Assembly: GCA_951406725.2 (NCBI GenBank)
Contig: OX597828.1
Coordinates: 54,560,001-54,624,000, forward strand
Direction of reading: 5' to 3'
From: Octopus vulgaris
Taxonomy: Eukaryota
DNA length: 64,000 bases
In this document: positions 36,344 to 49,195 of the stretch, piece after piece
How positions within the stretch are numbered: the first letter of the stretch is position 1
Layout: each line of letters opens with the position of its first letter
Made by a program: the position numbers and the translations under genes
Notes under the pieces: generated by a model
Told to the model about the DNA's origin: nothing
The model's database searches: none
The model's input: the letters and a program-made list of their open reading frames with translations, nothing else

Positions 36344-37653
36344 TTGTGTGTGTGTGTGTTTGTGTATGAATGCATGTATGTTTATGTATATGAGTGCATG
36401 CGTTTGTGTGTGTGTGCAAGTGTGCGTGTGTGCAAGTGTATGTGTGTGTGTATGAGTGCATATATCATTTGTGTGTGTGTGCACACAAGTGTGTGTGTGT
36501 GTATTCATCTATGTTCAAGTTAATGTGGACATGTAAGTCTTAACATGTTTCAAATTTTACAATGTGGGTAGATGAAAGGGTAGGTGTGGTGTTCAGGAAA
36601 ATTGGGGCAGGTGGGTAGGTGGGTTGATGAGCAGGTAGATGGGACATTGGGTGGGGGCAATGAATTAAAGCATAGCATGGGTAGGAGTGGGGGTAAGATA
36701 GATTTGGGTTAAATAATTAGATTATTTCAAGTTAGTTTCTTATGTAAGTTTGTAATGGCAATGGATGGTGGTGTGGTGGTGGTGTCACGGGGTGTGGAGG
36801 CAGGGATATCTATGACCTGGATTTTGTGTTGGCAAGGGACTCAGTTAAGGGGCTCAAAGAAAGAAAAAGGTGTAAGGGAAGGTTTTGAGGGGATTTTTTC
36901 GTCAAAAGAGATTTTTTTATGTTAAAGTTCTGCTCTCCCTACCCCATCTTCTCTCACCTAATCTGTATTAATTAATTAATTAGCTTTTTTAATTTAAGAA
37001 AAAGTAGTAATTGATAGGTTTTACTCTTTAAAAAAATTAAATGCATTTTTTTAAATTACAAAAGTAAAACATGTTTGTGTGTGTGTGTGTGCATGCATTT
37101 GTGTTTGTTGTTTAACCCAAGGTCAACCTGACTTAAGTACAAATTTGATGGAAGACAATCCAACCATGACCATTTTGACGTTCCCTGCTGAGCAGAAAAC
37201 AAAGATCCACATTATTCAATGTGGGTTTGTTTTTTTAAGAAGAGCTGATGTGACTTGAGGGGGTTTGGGTTGCTATGTTTAGCAGGGCAAGCCACTACAA
37301 AGGAAAGAAATCTTTTTTGTCAGTGGATGTGTATTTCATTACCCATAATTCTCAACAGGGCCATGACCACCCAAACTGACAACGTTCCCACTCCACCCCA
37401 CCCCACCCCTACCCGACTACTCAATGCACTAAACTTTCTGGTTCACTGGCTACAAAGAGAAAAAGCAAATAAAAAAAATATTGAAAAAAAGGACAAAATA
37501 ATAATATAAAAAGAAACACTCACACACTCAAACAAACATCACACACACACACACACATATATACAAACATGCATACTCTTACATACAAAAAGCCAACTTA
37601 TCACAAAGCCAACTCTACAAACAAAATACACACACACACACACAATCATGCAT

Positions 37654-37691
<38 letters not shown>

Positions 37692-37812
37692 CTTGTGGTA
37701 TTTGTTCCAGTTCTTTCTGCACTGATTTGAAATCCTGCTGATGTCATTGTTACCTTTCACTCTTCAAACTTTGACAAATAAAGTACCAGTCATACGCTAG
37801 GGTAGATTTTTC

Positions 37813-38260
37813 AGATCTTTTCGGTTTGAACGGCAGTTTTTTCTAGCGGTGTCATATGAAATTGTCACCCATAATTATGGCCCTAGTATTGATCTATTGC
37901 ATTTCACTCTGTTTTAGGGTTAGGGTTAGTTAGGGTTAATTAGGGTTAGAGTTAGGGGTGGGGGGAAGGATATCTTTTTTTTCTTCAGAAATGTAAATAA
38001 ACCCAATTTGTTTCTTAAACGAGGGACATATTCATACGGCACAGAATGTTTTTTTTACCTCAATGGATGACATTGATTGGTTGAAATTGCAGAAATTGAA
38101 GAAAAAAACCCAACAAATATCTTACAAACTATAGAATTTTCTCAATAAAACCAAGAGAAAAAGATGTTTTATAAACACATTCTACCAGTATATGAAATTT
38201 AAAAGTGTTTAGTTACGTGGAAATTATTTTTAAAAACTGCCGTTCAAACTGAAAAGATCC
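37813..38260. mobile_element. GG-ended MITE copy 2, inverted relative to 21172, with a TTAGGG tract
   Basis: Same TIRs; TTAGGG-like array at 37914-37957; 8-bp flanks GATTTTTC / AATTTTTC (7 of 8 match). Confidence 0.9.
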
Positions 38261-38283
38261 AATTTTTCTCTTTCATTTTATAG

Positions 38284-38436
38284 AATCTGCTACATTATAC
38301 CATGGATAGGATCATATCAGATGGGACAATTTACCAAGTTCTATTCTTCAGAAATGAAGAAAAGTCGAATAAAGCGCTGGCAACCCCCTTCTCTTGGCAA
38401 AACTAATAATATTCTACTGGAACCGTCCAAGGCCAG
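38284..38436 (+). other. Candidate internal exon (153 nt, frame-preserving)
   Basis: Acceptor TTCTCTTTCATTTTATAG|A and donor CAG|GTAAGG; one frame fully open (ICYIIPWIGSYQMGQFTKFYSSEMKKSRIKRWQPPSLGKTNNILLEPSKA); no recognised homology. Confidence 0.35.
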
Positions 38437-38834
38437 GTAAGGGATCATGCACTGTTGCAGCACATTGCTGCATTCACCATTTTTTGTTATCTGCTTGGGT
38501 TATGCCAGGCAACCCCTCTGAACAGTATCCAAGTCAGTTCCCTGCTGTGACCACGAGGCATGTGACCAACCAACATGAGCTGTCACTCCAGTTGGCTCCT
38601 GAGAGAGGAGATCACAGTATGCATGATGTAACTCAGAAAATCAAGCAACATGACCAAATAGCCTAAGCTGACACTCCCAAATCATACAAATCACAGGGCC
38701 TTGTACATAAGAACAGTGAGCCCAGTTTGATTTGCAGGCTCAACATCTGACCTTTTCCTAGTTAGATCTCGGCTCTGTCTTGGTTGTATTGTGACTCCCA
38801 TTCTGTTCAACATTTGCATGGATTGATTACTTAA

Positions 38835-39529
38835 CACTTTAGCATTCAGATTAATCTGTCAAGTGTAATGTTTATTTATTCACATTGATTTGAATTAGTT
38901 TCACATCTTGTAACTTTGAGATATTAATGACGTACAGTAAATCCTCCGCACTTTTTTCCCAAAATTTAAAGGTCAAAATCCCTAGTGCATACTATATATG
39001 AGGTTAAAAATGAAAATGGCCGAGTCTCTATTTGTTGTCTGGCTATGTGTATTCAGACGCATTTTGTGATGTCGGGCGCGAAAATACCTTAAGCTAAGCC
39101 TGAAAGCAATGAAGTCATAAAAGAATCATCCATAACTTGCAGTAAACAACATTTATTAAATGTTATTACTGTTATTTCTTTATTTTCTGCAAACAAAATG
39201 CACAAAAAAGCTACACGTTTGCATTATGTTATATATACAATAATAATAAAGGACGTTACCAAATACATTTTTACAAACCAAGGACGTTATATAGACCTCC
39301 TTGACTCAAGTTAGAGAAGGGGTGTGTATTATACACAAGGTTTAGGTTTTTCAGAGGTACAGCCCCCTAAAAATCCCCTGCATATTATACTCAAGGGCGG
39401 ACTATACTTTAGGATTTACGGTAGTTGCCTATTTTAAGAATGATAATGTAGTGTTGGTTTGAGAGGCCAGTTTGAGCATTAAACAGGTAGAATTTTTGGC
39501 TAGATATGGCGGGATTAAATACTAAAAAG
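38835..39529. mobile_element. piggyBac-like MITE with TTAA TSD, interrupted by a Tc2-like MITE
   Basis: TTAA|CACTTTAGCATT ... AATACTAAAAAG|TTAA. Confidence 0.75.
38935..39421. mobile_element. Tc1/mariner superfamily (Tc2/pogo-like) MITE with TA TSD
   Basis: TA|CAGTAAATCCT ... AGGATTTACGG|TA. Confidence 0.8.
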
Positions 39530-39739
39530 TTAATGAAATTGTGTTGCACTCACTGGTGAAACTAAGATTACTGACCTGGATTTTGCTGATAAGCCAATTA
39601 TTCATGCCAAATCTCTGGATGTCTTAAGGAATGCTCACCTTTCACTGAGTGAGGAAACAGAACCACTAAGCCTTAAAGTTTCTTGAGTCAAGACAAAGAT
39701 CCAGTCCTTTGTTGGTTTCTTTGAGGATTCCACCTTATC

Positions 39740-39921
39740 TGTCTCTGTTGTGGCTAAGGGTGTCAAAGTTGTTGATCCCTTCATTTATCTCAGCAGCATG
39801 ATCCATAGGAGTATTAGCTATGTATCTACATATCAAATTTGAGCACAATCGGATGGAGGATGCCCAAGATTCTAGAAGACACACACACAGACAGACAGAA
39901 TGGATTTTATATAATAGATAT
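39740..39921 (-). mobile_element. Non-autonomous Helitron-like 5' portion with (CTGT)n
   Basis: Minus strand starts ATCTATTATATAAAATCCATTCTGTCTGTCTGTG, the typical TC start, TATAAAA and (CTGT)n layout. Confidence 0.55.
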
Positions 39922-39922
39922 A

Positions 39923-40473
39923 TAAGTTTGGCCAAAAGTCACCCAACAATAAATGAAAATTCCATAAATATTATCTGTAATTCTGTATTGACTCGAATGG
40001 AAAAATCTGTTACTCAAGAAGGACTTCAGTTTGAACAATTTTCATGACATTTCATATTTAGATGCTTTTATTATTTTCATGATCCCTGTGCTGATGGCAC
40101 GTAAAAAGCACCAACCGAATGTGGCCGATGCCAGCGCCGCCTTGACTGGCTTCCATGCCGATGGCTCATAAAAAGCACCAACTGATCATGGCCATTGCCA
40201 GCCTTGCCTGGCACGTAAAAAGCACCCACTACACTCACGGAGTGGTTGGCGTTAGGAAGGGCATCCAGCTGTAGAAACACTGCCAGATCAGACTGGAGCC
40301 TGGTGCAGCCTCCTGGCTTCCCAGACCCCTGTCGAACCGTCCAACCCATGCTAGCGTGGAAAACGGACGTTAACCGATGATGATGATGATGATGATTCAG
40401 TAGTAAAATATAAATAAATCTTGGAATTAAATGGTTTACTGGTTTACTGGCAAGTGACTTTTGGCCAACCCTG
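39923..40473. mobile_element. Mariner-like MITE containing an RTE-tail insertion
   Basis: TIRs TTGGCCAAAAGTCAC / GTGACTTTTGGCCAACCCTG|TA. Confidence 0.75.
40078..40396 (+). mobile_element. RTE-type 3' tail element (family D) ending in (GAT)n
   Basis: Tandem GGCACGTAAAAAGCACC units, GGTTGGCGTTAGGAAGGGCATCCAGCTGTAGAAAC, CCAACCCATGCTAGC..GGAAA.CGGACGTTAA.CGATGATGAT; other copies at 47805, 52497 and 60662. Confidence 0.8.
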
Positions 40474-41099
40474 TATATATACTCGAGTTTCATTATTTAA
40501 CTCCCTTGCTGCTCTGAGTGGTCTTTCTGAAACCAGATGGGTCACAAGTAGCAATAACAAACTCTGAGTAGGGATGGAATGGGTTACCAACATGACCCCT
40601 ATAAACAGGTCTGACTTTATATTGTCAATACTCATTTTGCTTATAAGTTGAAACACACACATAAGGGAAATGAGAATGAACACACTCACACACACACACA
40701 CACACACATGCATATACACCAACATGCACATGTATACGCACCAACAAACACATACACACATACAGCATAGAAATAAACGGTCGGAATACTAGTACAGGAA
40801 CTCTATAATAGAAATGTTTTCAAGAATCTGATAAGATAAATTCTATGAAATAATTAAATATATTTGGTAAGTCATGTATTGATTATAAAACAGGGCTGGA
40901 AGGGGATGGGTAGGAGGTGTTTCATATTTGTTGTCTTTCATCGATTTTTATATCTTTATTTGTTGTTGTTGTTTAACACTGACAGATCTGATCAATGATC
41001 TCAAGTGTTGTTTCTGCTATATTTTGCCATGAATACACCAGACTTCTTTATATAATGTAACCATTTTTTGTAAAGATGTTTGGGTGTAATTCAAGGAGT

Positions 41100-41534
41100 C
41101 AGGATAGTTAGAACGTTGGGCAAAATGCTGAGTGCTATTTCATCTGTCTTTACATTCTGAGTTCAAATTCCGCTGAGTTTAACTTTGCCTTTCATCCTTT
41201 TGGGGGGTCAATGAATTCAGTACCAGTGAAACACTGGAACTGATCTAAGGGACTAGTCCCCACCCACCAAATTTCAGGTCTTGTGCCTTTAGTAGAAAGG
41301 ATTATTATTATTATTATTATTATTATTAAGGCAGTGAGCTGGCAGAATCATTAACACACCAAGCAAAATGCTTAGTGGTCTTTTGTCCATCTTTCTGAGT
41401 TCAAATTCCACCAAGGTTGACATAGCATTTTATCATTTTGGGTTTGATAAAATAAGTACCAGTTGATCACTGAGGTTGATGTAATAGACTTCCTCCTCCT
41501 CCGGAATTGCTGCCCTTGTGACAAAATTTGAAGC

Positions 41535-41540
<6 letters not shown>
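41100..41540 (+). mobile_element. Two tandem SINE B copies, CpG-decayed
   Basis: AAGGCAGTGAGCTGGCAGAATCATTAACACACCAAGCAAAATGCTTAGTGG; separated by (ATT)n. Confidence 0.8.
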
Positions 41541-41577
<37 letters not shown>

Positions 41578-42127
41578 TAGAAAGTCTGTGCTACACATAT
41601 AAATGTAAATACTAAATGTGTTTTCATAGACACCACATTACAAGAACACATGCACACACACACACTCACTCACTGCAATTTTCAACGACATCATAAATTG
41701 CTGAACTAAAATCTGTTAGCATAGAAAATTATTGTCAGCTTACGAAAATCAAATAAGTGAAAACACAGACACCTCTAAAATTATTTCCTCCTCCAAATTT
41801 AATGCTAATAATATATATATATATGTATATATATAATATACACATATACATATTTATATGCATGTAAGTATGGATTATGTGCCCGCTTTAATAAAGAATG
41901 TACAGAGCATATTTTTGATACTAAAAGTGGAGGCTTTTCCTCTTCAATAATTAATTACTCGTTTGTTAACACCTAAAAGCTTTTCGCATTTATTTAATGC
42001 AAATTAAGTTATATTTATATGAAAACTAGGACATACTTACCTGGAAACTAAGTCATACAAAAACTAACATTTAAAGGAAATGTAAGCTAACCATATATAT
42101 ATATATATATATATAAAATATATATAT

Positions 42128-42172
<45 letters not shown>

Positions 42173-42177
42173 TATAC

Positions 42178-42232
<55 letters not shown>

Positions 42233-42249
42233 TATACATATATGTATAC

Positions 42250-42291
<42 letters not shown>

Positions 42292-42545
42292 GTGTGCATT
42301 GTATGTGTGTGTGTGTGTGTGTAATAATTCTTCAAGAGGTTCTTTGTGTACAACAAATATTAACTCAACATGATACAATATACGAAATTCTTCATTCTTA
42401 ACTCTAGAAATGTCTTTGAAATATTCATTAGAAGAACATTTTTATGCAATATTGAATTTGTTAAACTATTACCTAAACACATTATTATTATTATTATCAT
42501 TATTATTATTATTATTATTATTATCATTATTATTATTATTATAAT

Positions 42546-43720
42546 ATGAGGCAGTGTGCTGAAGATATCATTAGCAGACTGCTCAAAATGCTTAACAGCA
42601 TTTTGTCCATCTTTGTGTTTTGGGTTCAAATTCTGCTGAGGTTGACTTTGCCTTTCAGGGTTGACAAATTCAGTACCAGTAATAATAATAATAATTATTA
42701 TTATTATTATCATTTCAAATTTTTGCCACAAGGGAAGCTTGGGGGATGTGGAGATGAGTCGATCACATCAACCCCAGTGTTCAACTGGTACTTATTTTAT
42801 CAACCCCAAAAGGATGAAAGGCAAAGTCAACCATGGTGGAATTTGAACTCAGAATGCAAAGATGGACAAAATGCCACTAAGTTTCTTGCCACTCTAATAA
42901 TAGTGGTTTCAAATTTTGGCAAAAGGCCAGTAATTTTGGAGTAGGGGGTAAATCATTTACATCAACCCCAGTGTCCAACTGGTACTTTATTTTATTGACC
43001 TCAAAAGAATGAAAGACAAAGTCGACCCCAGTTGCATTTGAACTCAGAATGTAAAGTCAGGAAAACTGCCGCTAAACATTTTGTCCAGCATACTAACAAT
43101 TTCACCTGTTCATTACATTAAAAATAATAATAATAATAATAGTAATGATTAATCCTTTCCAGTAAAGGCACAAGACCTGAAATTTTGAGGAAAGGTTTAT
43201 AGTCAATTACATTGACCCCAGTGTATCACTGGTACTTAATTTATTGACCTAGAAAAGATGAAAGACAAAGTTGACCCTGGTAGAATTTGAACTCAGAACA
43301 TAAAGATGCTAAGCATTTTGTCTAGCATACTAATGATTCTGCCAGCTCACTGACTTTTTAATGATAATAATAATAATAATGATTTCTGATTTAGGCAAAA
43401 AAAGGGCATCAATTTTGAAGAAAAGCTTAATTAATGTTATCAATCCCAATAATAAACTGGTCCATTATTTTATAAAGGGGTGAACGGTAACATTGAACTC
43501 AGCAAGATTTGGACTCAGGGTTTTAATCAACCAGAAGAAATTCTACAAGATACTTTGTCTAATGCTTCAACAATTCTACCAATTGGCCAATTGTAGATTT
43601 CTCACCTAAAAACAAGGTTTCAAATTTCAGGAAAGTATAGTCATATCAACCCTGGTATTTTGCTGGTACTATACATTTTGTTCCTCTAGGGACAAAATAA
43701 AGTTGATCCTGACAAGATGT
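42546..43720. mobile_element. Cluster of about six SINE B copies (one +, the rest -) separated by (AAT)n
   Basis: Repeated ACCCCAGTGT..ACTGGTACTT...ATGAAAG.CAAAGT..ACC....TTTGAACTCAGAA units. Confidence 0.8.
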
Positions 43721-44271
43721 TTTAAGGATTCCAATGACCCGCTGCATTGTTTTAAAAATGATATTAAAATCTAAGTTGCTTAGGAATCAATTATATTTAT
43801 CTATTTTCTAATTATGTTAATAATTTCTTGATAATGTTATTTTTATCATTTCCCAAAACTGAAAATATCTGTGGCTCAATGCTACACCAGAGAAACCTAA
43901 CCACGGGCAAACACAGTTGGTCACCACACTAGAAATAAGAACTAATTCAACCTCCCATCTTAAACAAAGAAAGCACAGACACAATTGTTATGAGCAGAAC
44001 ACCTTTGATCTACATAGGTTTATTTTGGGAGCTAAACATCAATATAATTTAAAATATCATATCATTTTAATTACATATTTTTCACTAATTAAATTGTTAT
44101 AATTACTTTCCTTCAAATGAAACCATATTATCTGACGAATAAAAATTATCCAATTAGATTGTTAAAATTCCATGTTTGAATTAAAAGCTACCTTCAGTAA
44201 AATGAATTAGTATTTCAAATTATATGTTAAGACATGTCTTAATATATATTAAGACATGTATTTGTGGCTAT

Positions 44272-44755
44272 TACGGTGGCCAGACAGCAGAAACTAGCAT
44301 GTTAGACAAAATGCTTAGCAGCATTTCATCCGTCTTTAAGTTCTGAGTTCAAATGTTACCCAGGTTGACTCTGCCTTTCATCTTTTCAGTGTTAATAAAA
44401 TGAGTACAATTTGTGCACTGGAGTTGAAGTAATAGGCATAGGAGTGGCTGTGTGGTAAGTAGCTTGTTTACGAACCACATAGTTCCAAGTTCAGTCCCAC
44501 TGCGTGGCACCTAGGGCAATTGTCTTCTACTATAGCCTTTAGGCCGACCAAAGCTTTGTGAGTGGATTTGGTAGATGGAAACTGAAAGAGGCCCGTCGTA
44601 TATATGTATGTGCATGTATGTGTGTGTGTATAGGTTTGTGTGTCTGTGTTTGTCCCCCCAACATCACTAGACAACTGATGCTGGTGTGTTTACGTCCCCG
44701 TAACTGAGCAGTTCGGCAAAAGTGACTGATAGAATAAGTACTAGGCTTACAAAGG
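44272..44755 (+). mobile_element. SINE B copy followed directly by a SINE A copy
   Basis: B core at 44310-44430; A head ATAGGAGTGGCTGTGTGGTAAG at ~44438. Confidence 0.85.
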
Positions 44756-45343
44756 ATCATTAATTTACTTAATGAAGACAGATATGGAAATAAATAACAG
44801 TAATAACAAATTCAGGATTACAAACTAAGTGAAATGACCCTCTACCTGTCTGACAGTGAAAAAAATCATTTTACGTTTATTATGTGATGTCAAGACAAGG
44901 AGACAGCCATGCGTACACATTTACCTTTACTCACACACATTCGTACATGCATACACATATGGTGGGCTTCTTTCAGTTTCCATCAACCAAATGCACTCAT
45001 AAGGCTTTGGTTGACCTTAGGTTATAGCAGAAGACACATTCCCAAGATATTGTGTAGTAAGACGGAGCCTGGAAACCTGTGGTTTCCAGGGTCAGTCTTA
45101 CATTTATATGAATATGTGTATATATCATCATCATCATCACCATCATGATTTAACATCCTTTTCTATGCAAGCATGGATTGGACAGTTCGACAGATGCTTG
45201 CCAGCTGCAGATCTGTCCAGGCTCCAATTCTCTTTGAAGGTTCAGCTTGTTTGTCTACATTGGACAATCAGATGAAAGTAAGCAAGATAAAAGTTTCAAG
45301 TCATTAGCAATCTTTTTCTTGTAAAATTTGATATACATGTGTA

Positions 45344-45745
45344 TACTCTTTTCTCTCTTTTACTTGTTTCAGTCATTTGACTGCGGCCATGCTGGAGCAC
45401 CGCCTTTTTTAATCGAGCAACTCGACCCCGGGACTTATTCTTTTGTAAGCCCAGTACTTATTCTATTGGTCTCTTTTGCCGAACCGCTAAGTAACGGAGA
45501 CATAAACACACCAGCATCGGTTGTCAAGCAATGCTAGGGGGACAAACACACACACACAAACACACCCACGCATATATATATATATACGACGGGCTTCTTT
45601 CAGTTTCCGTCTACCAAATCCACTCACAAGGCTTTGGTCGGCCCGAGGCTATAGTAGAAGACACTTGCCCAAGGTGCCACGCAGTGGGACTGAACCCGGA
45701 ACCATGTGGTTGGTAAGCAAGCTACTTACCACACAGCCACTCCTA
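45344..45745 (-). mobile_element. SINE family A, young full-length copy
   Basis: Very close to the consensus with CpGs intact. Confidence 0.92.
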
Positions 45746-45887
45746 AGCCTATATATATTACTTTTTGATGTATATTGTTTTATTCTGTTGGATTTGGATG
45801 TTCCTAGTTAATTAGTTAATAAATAATATGAATTGGTATTATCTGTAAGTTGATGATTAAAAGGAAGCTCTTCCTCCATTTTCTTAT

Positions 45888-45922
<35 letters not shown>

Positions 45923-46054
45923 AACACACACAGTACACACATTCACACACACTCACACACATGTATGTTATTTGTTTGTATGTATGTATATAGGTGTGTG
46001 CGAGTGTGTATGTTTGTATGCAATTATTTATGTGTAGTACATACATTAATTTAG

Positions 46055-46845
46055 CAAAGGCCAAAAGGTATTGGAAAGCAGGAAAGCAGACTAATGGCTA
46101 ATCTGCTCTTAGAAATGACTCTGCTTGATATGTGGGAAAAATGTAGGCAGAAATTCCATATGGTACACATAAGAGATGCATTGAAATCACAGAAGGTTAA
46201 CAGAGAAAGTAGTCGTTATGTGTGGCAGATGTGCAGGTACAATAAACACTAAGAATACACAGGTAATAAATTTCCTCAGACAAATCCTTAGAGGTAGTAG
46301 ATAGTTTCAACTAACTAGGTGACCAAATTAGTAGTGGAAGGAGATGCTCTGAAAGTATAGTTGCTAGAATAAGAACCAGCTGGGCAAAGTTCAGAGAATT
46401 ATAACTTTTGTTGGTAACAAAAGCCTCTCCCCTAGTGTAAAAGCAGATTTTATGATACCTGTGTGTGGACAGCTATGCTACATGCCAGTGAAACATGGGC
46501 TGAGGATGCAGAAGATTGACAAAGGATTGAAAGAAATGAAGCCAACATGTGCTGCTAGATGTACAGTCTCAGTGTACATGTAGGATAAAATGTAAATGTT
46601 TTGTGTGTGAAGTTGTGTATAAGAGGCACCAGAGAGAAGATTGTGTTGGTAGGGTCATAGGATGTGAATGAAGGAAGACGATTGCATAAAGAAGTGCTGA
46701 GGGAACCTATAGAAAAGGAAGACTTAGGAAGATGTGAGATTAAGTGTGAAAAATGATCTTCAGATGTTGGACTTTACAGAGAAGATGATGAATGACCGAG
46801 GCAATTGGTAATTTACTGTGCTTGAGAAGACCTGTCCAGCTAAGT
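46055..46845 (+). pseudogene. Decayed RTE-clade LINE ORF, C-terminal part
   Basis: Translates with stops and frameshifts as ..HKRC..CGRC..LEVVDSFN*LGDQISSG..ESIVARIRTSWAKFREL..YDTCVWTAMLHASETWA..ERNEANM; the F.YLG, ARI...W..F and SETW motifs are typical of RTE. Confidence 0.85.
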
Positions 46846-46988
46846 AAACGCCAAGCAAAGAAGATGTATCCTTTATGTCCATGCTCCCACATACAACCTG
46901 TCCTGACAAATGTCTCTCTCACATGCCATCTTCTCATTACCTCTTTACACCCACCTGTGTCCACCATGTACTGTATTCCCTTCCCCTG

Positions 46989-47008
46989 TATATATATATA
47001 TGTGTGTA

Positions 47009-47049
<41 letters not shown>

Positions 47050-47090
47050 GTGTATGTGAGCGTGTGTATATGTGTGTGTGTGTGTGTGTG

Positions 47091-47131
<41 letters not shown>

Positions 47132-47168
47132 GTGTATGTGTGTGTGTATATATGTGTGTGTGTATATA

Positions 47169-47250
<82 letters not shown>
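46989..47250. repeat. Long compound (TG)n/(TA)n microsatellite
   Basis: Direct. Confidence 0.95.
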
Positions 47251-47442
47251 CAGACACATATATAGCAGTTCGGCAAAAGAGAGCAATACAATAAGTACTA
47301 GGCTTCCAAAGAATAAATCCTGAGGTCGATTTGCTCGATTAAAGGCGGTGCTCCAGCATGGTCACAGTCAAATGACTGAAGCAAGTAAGAGAGTAAAAGA
47401 GATAGTAAGTTCTAACTATTTGTGTGCATTTCTGTATATATA

Positions 47443-47773
47443 GGAGCACTCCGTCGGTTACGATGACAAGGGTCCCAGCTGATATGATCAACGGAACAGC
47501 TTGCTCATGGAATTAACGAGCAAGTGACTGAGCAATTCACAGACATGCATACCCCTAACGTAGTTCTCAGGGAGATTCAGCGTGATACAAAGTGTGACAA
47601 GGCCGGCCCTTTGAAATACAGTTACTACTAATTTTTGCCAGCTGAGTGGACTGGAGCAACGTGAAATAAAGTTTCTTGCTCAAGGACACAACACGTCGTT
47701 GGGAAACTGGGAATCGAACTCACAACCTTACAATCATGAGCCAAATGCCCTAACCACTGAGCCACGTGCTTTC
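47443..47773 (-). mobile_element. SINE family C (CORE type), full length
   Basis: Reverse complement colinear with 1636-1960. Confidence 0.88.
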
Positions 47774-47804
47774 ATACCTACACATATATATATATATATA
47801 TATG

Positions 47805-47986
47805 CTGGTAGCAGGTAAAAGCACCCACTACACTCTCAGAGTGGTTGGCATTACGAAGGGCATCCAGCTGTAGAAACATTGCCAGATCAAGATTGAAGCC
47901 TGGTGCAGCCATCTGGTTCACCAGCCCTCAGTCATTCGTCCAACCCATGCTAGCATGGAAAGCGGATGTTAAACAATGATGATGAT
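47805..47986 (+). mobile_element. RTE-type 3' tail element (family D)
   Basis: Matches 40210-40396 and ends in (GAT)n. Confidence 0.8.
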
Positions 47987-48013
47987 GTGTGTGTGTGTGT
48001 GTGTGTGTGCGTA

Positions 48014-48090
<77 letters not shown>

Positions 48091-48635
48091 TTGTATGTAA
48101 TTATTTATGTACATACATTATGTAAGTCTATAGCTATTGTGTGTGTGTGTGTGTGTGAGTGTAGAATGTTGCACGGTTGTCGCAATTTCACCGTAAATAA
48201 ATGTGAGAATCAAGCCGGTCGCCGTTAATGATTCTCTCAGCCTGTCAGATATATTTCTTCCATTTTTTTTCCTTTTTTCCCAAATAAATTGAATACAACA
48301 GAAGAATACATTACATTTAAATAGAATAAGATCCATTAACAGATAAATAAGTGTGAATTAATTATAAAACAACATTCTGCTCTCCATTGTCATCTCATGT
48401 ATACTCTGTGTGTGTGTGTGTGTGTGCTTTTTTTTTATATGTCTTTGTATGTGTGTGTTTACTGTTTTGTGTGGTTGCATTTGTGAACTTTGTGTGTATG
48501 TATGTGTGTGTGTGTGTGTAATTTTATGAGTGTGTGTATGTGTACGTGGCCTTTTCGTCTGTATAAATCTATAAATGGTATAAAACATTTATTGCAGATA
48601 CTATTTCTTTCTGACAGATTCCTTTCTCATTATGC

Positions 48636-48679
<44 letters not shown>

Positions 48680-49164
48680 TATTATCATTTTTTTCTGTTG
48701 TAAATATAAGCTTTCATCATCATCATCACTATCATATTATTGTACTGATCTTCCCCATCCTTAACCATCCACCCATTGTCATTATTACCATCTTCCTCGC
48801 CATCACCTCTGTCATCATTTGCATCATCATTACCATCACCACAACCATCATCATCATCGTACATCATACATCATCCAATACATTATCATCCTCATTATTC
48901 TTTAAACAACCTCATGTTTTGTTCTTGCTATTCTCCATATCAAATTAGATTCCATAAATATTCGTACAACACCAATTCCCTACCATGCCCTCCTCTTCCA
49001 ATTCCCATCTCAATATCAAACCCTATTATTTCATGTAACATTTTTATTATTTTCCTGTATTAAGTTAAAGCAATTCAACCATGTTGTTTGTTGCTTGGCC
49101 TTCAAGGGCTTTTTTCTTTTTTAATATGAAAACCCAATAATTTGTTTGAATGTACAAGTTGTCA

Positions 49165-49195
<31 letters not shown>

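Noticed and set aside
37914-37957. True telomere or chromosome-fusion scar
   Set aside because: The short array lies inside a MITE and is also present in the paralogous copy.
42546-43720. CRISPR-like or satellite array
   Set aside because: Units are diverged SINE B copies of unequal length and mixed orientation; eukaryotic context, no cas genes.
3262-45811. Recurrent ORFs with RLPNPLTR / EDTCPRCHAVGLNPEP / RKDERQSRPRRNLNSE peptides resembling a gene family
   Set aside because: They are chance reading frames of SINE A and SINE B consensus sequences.
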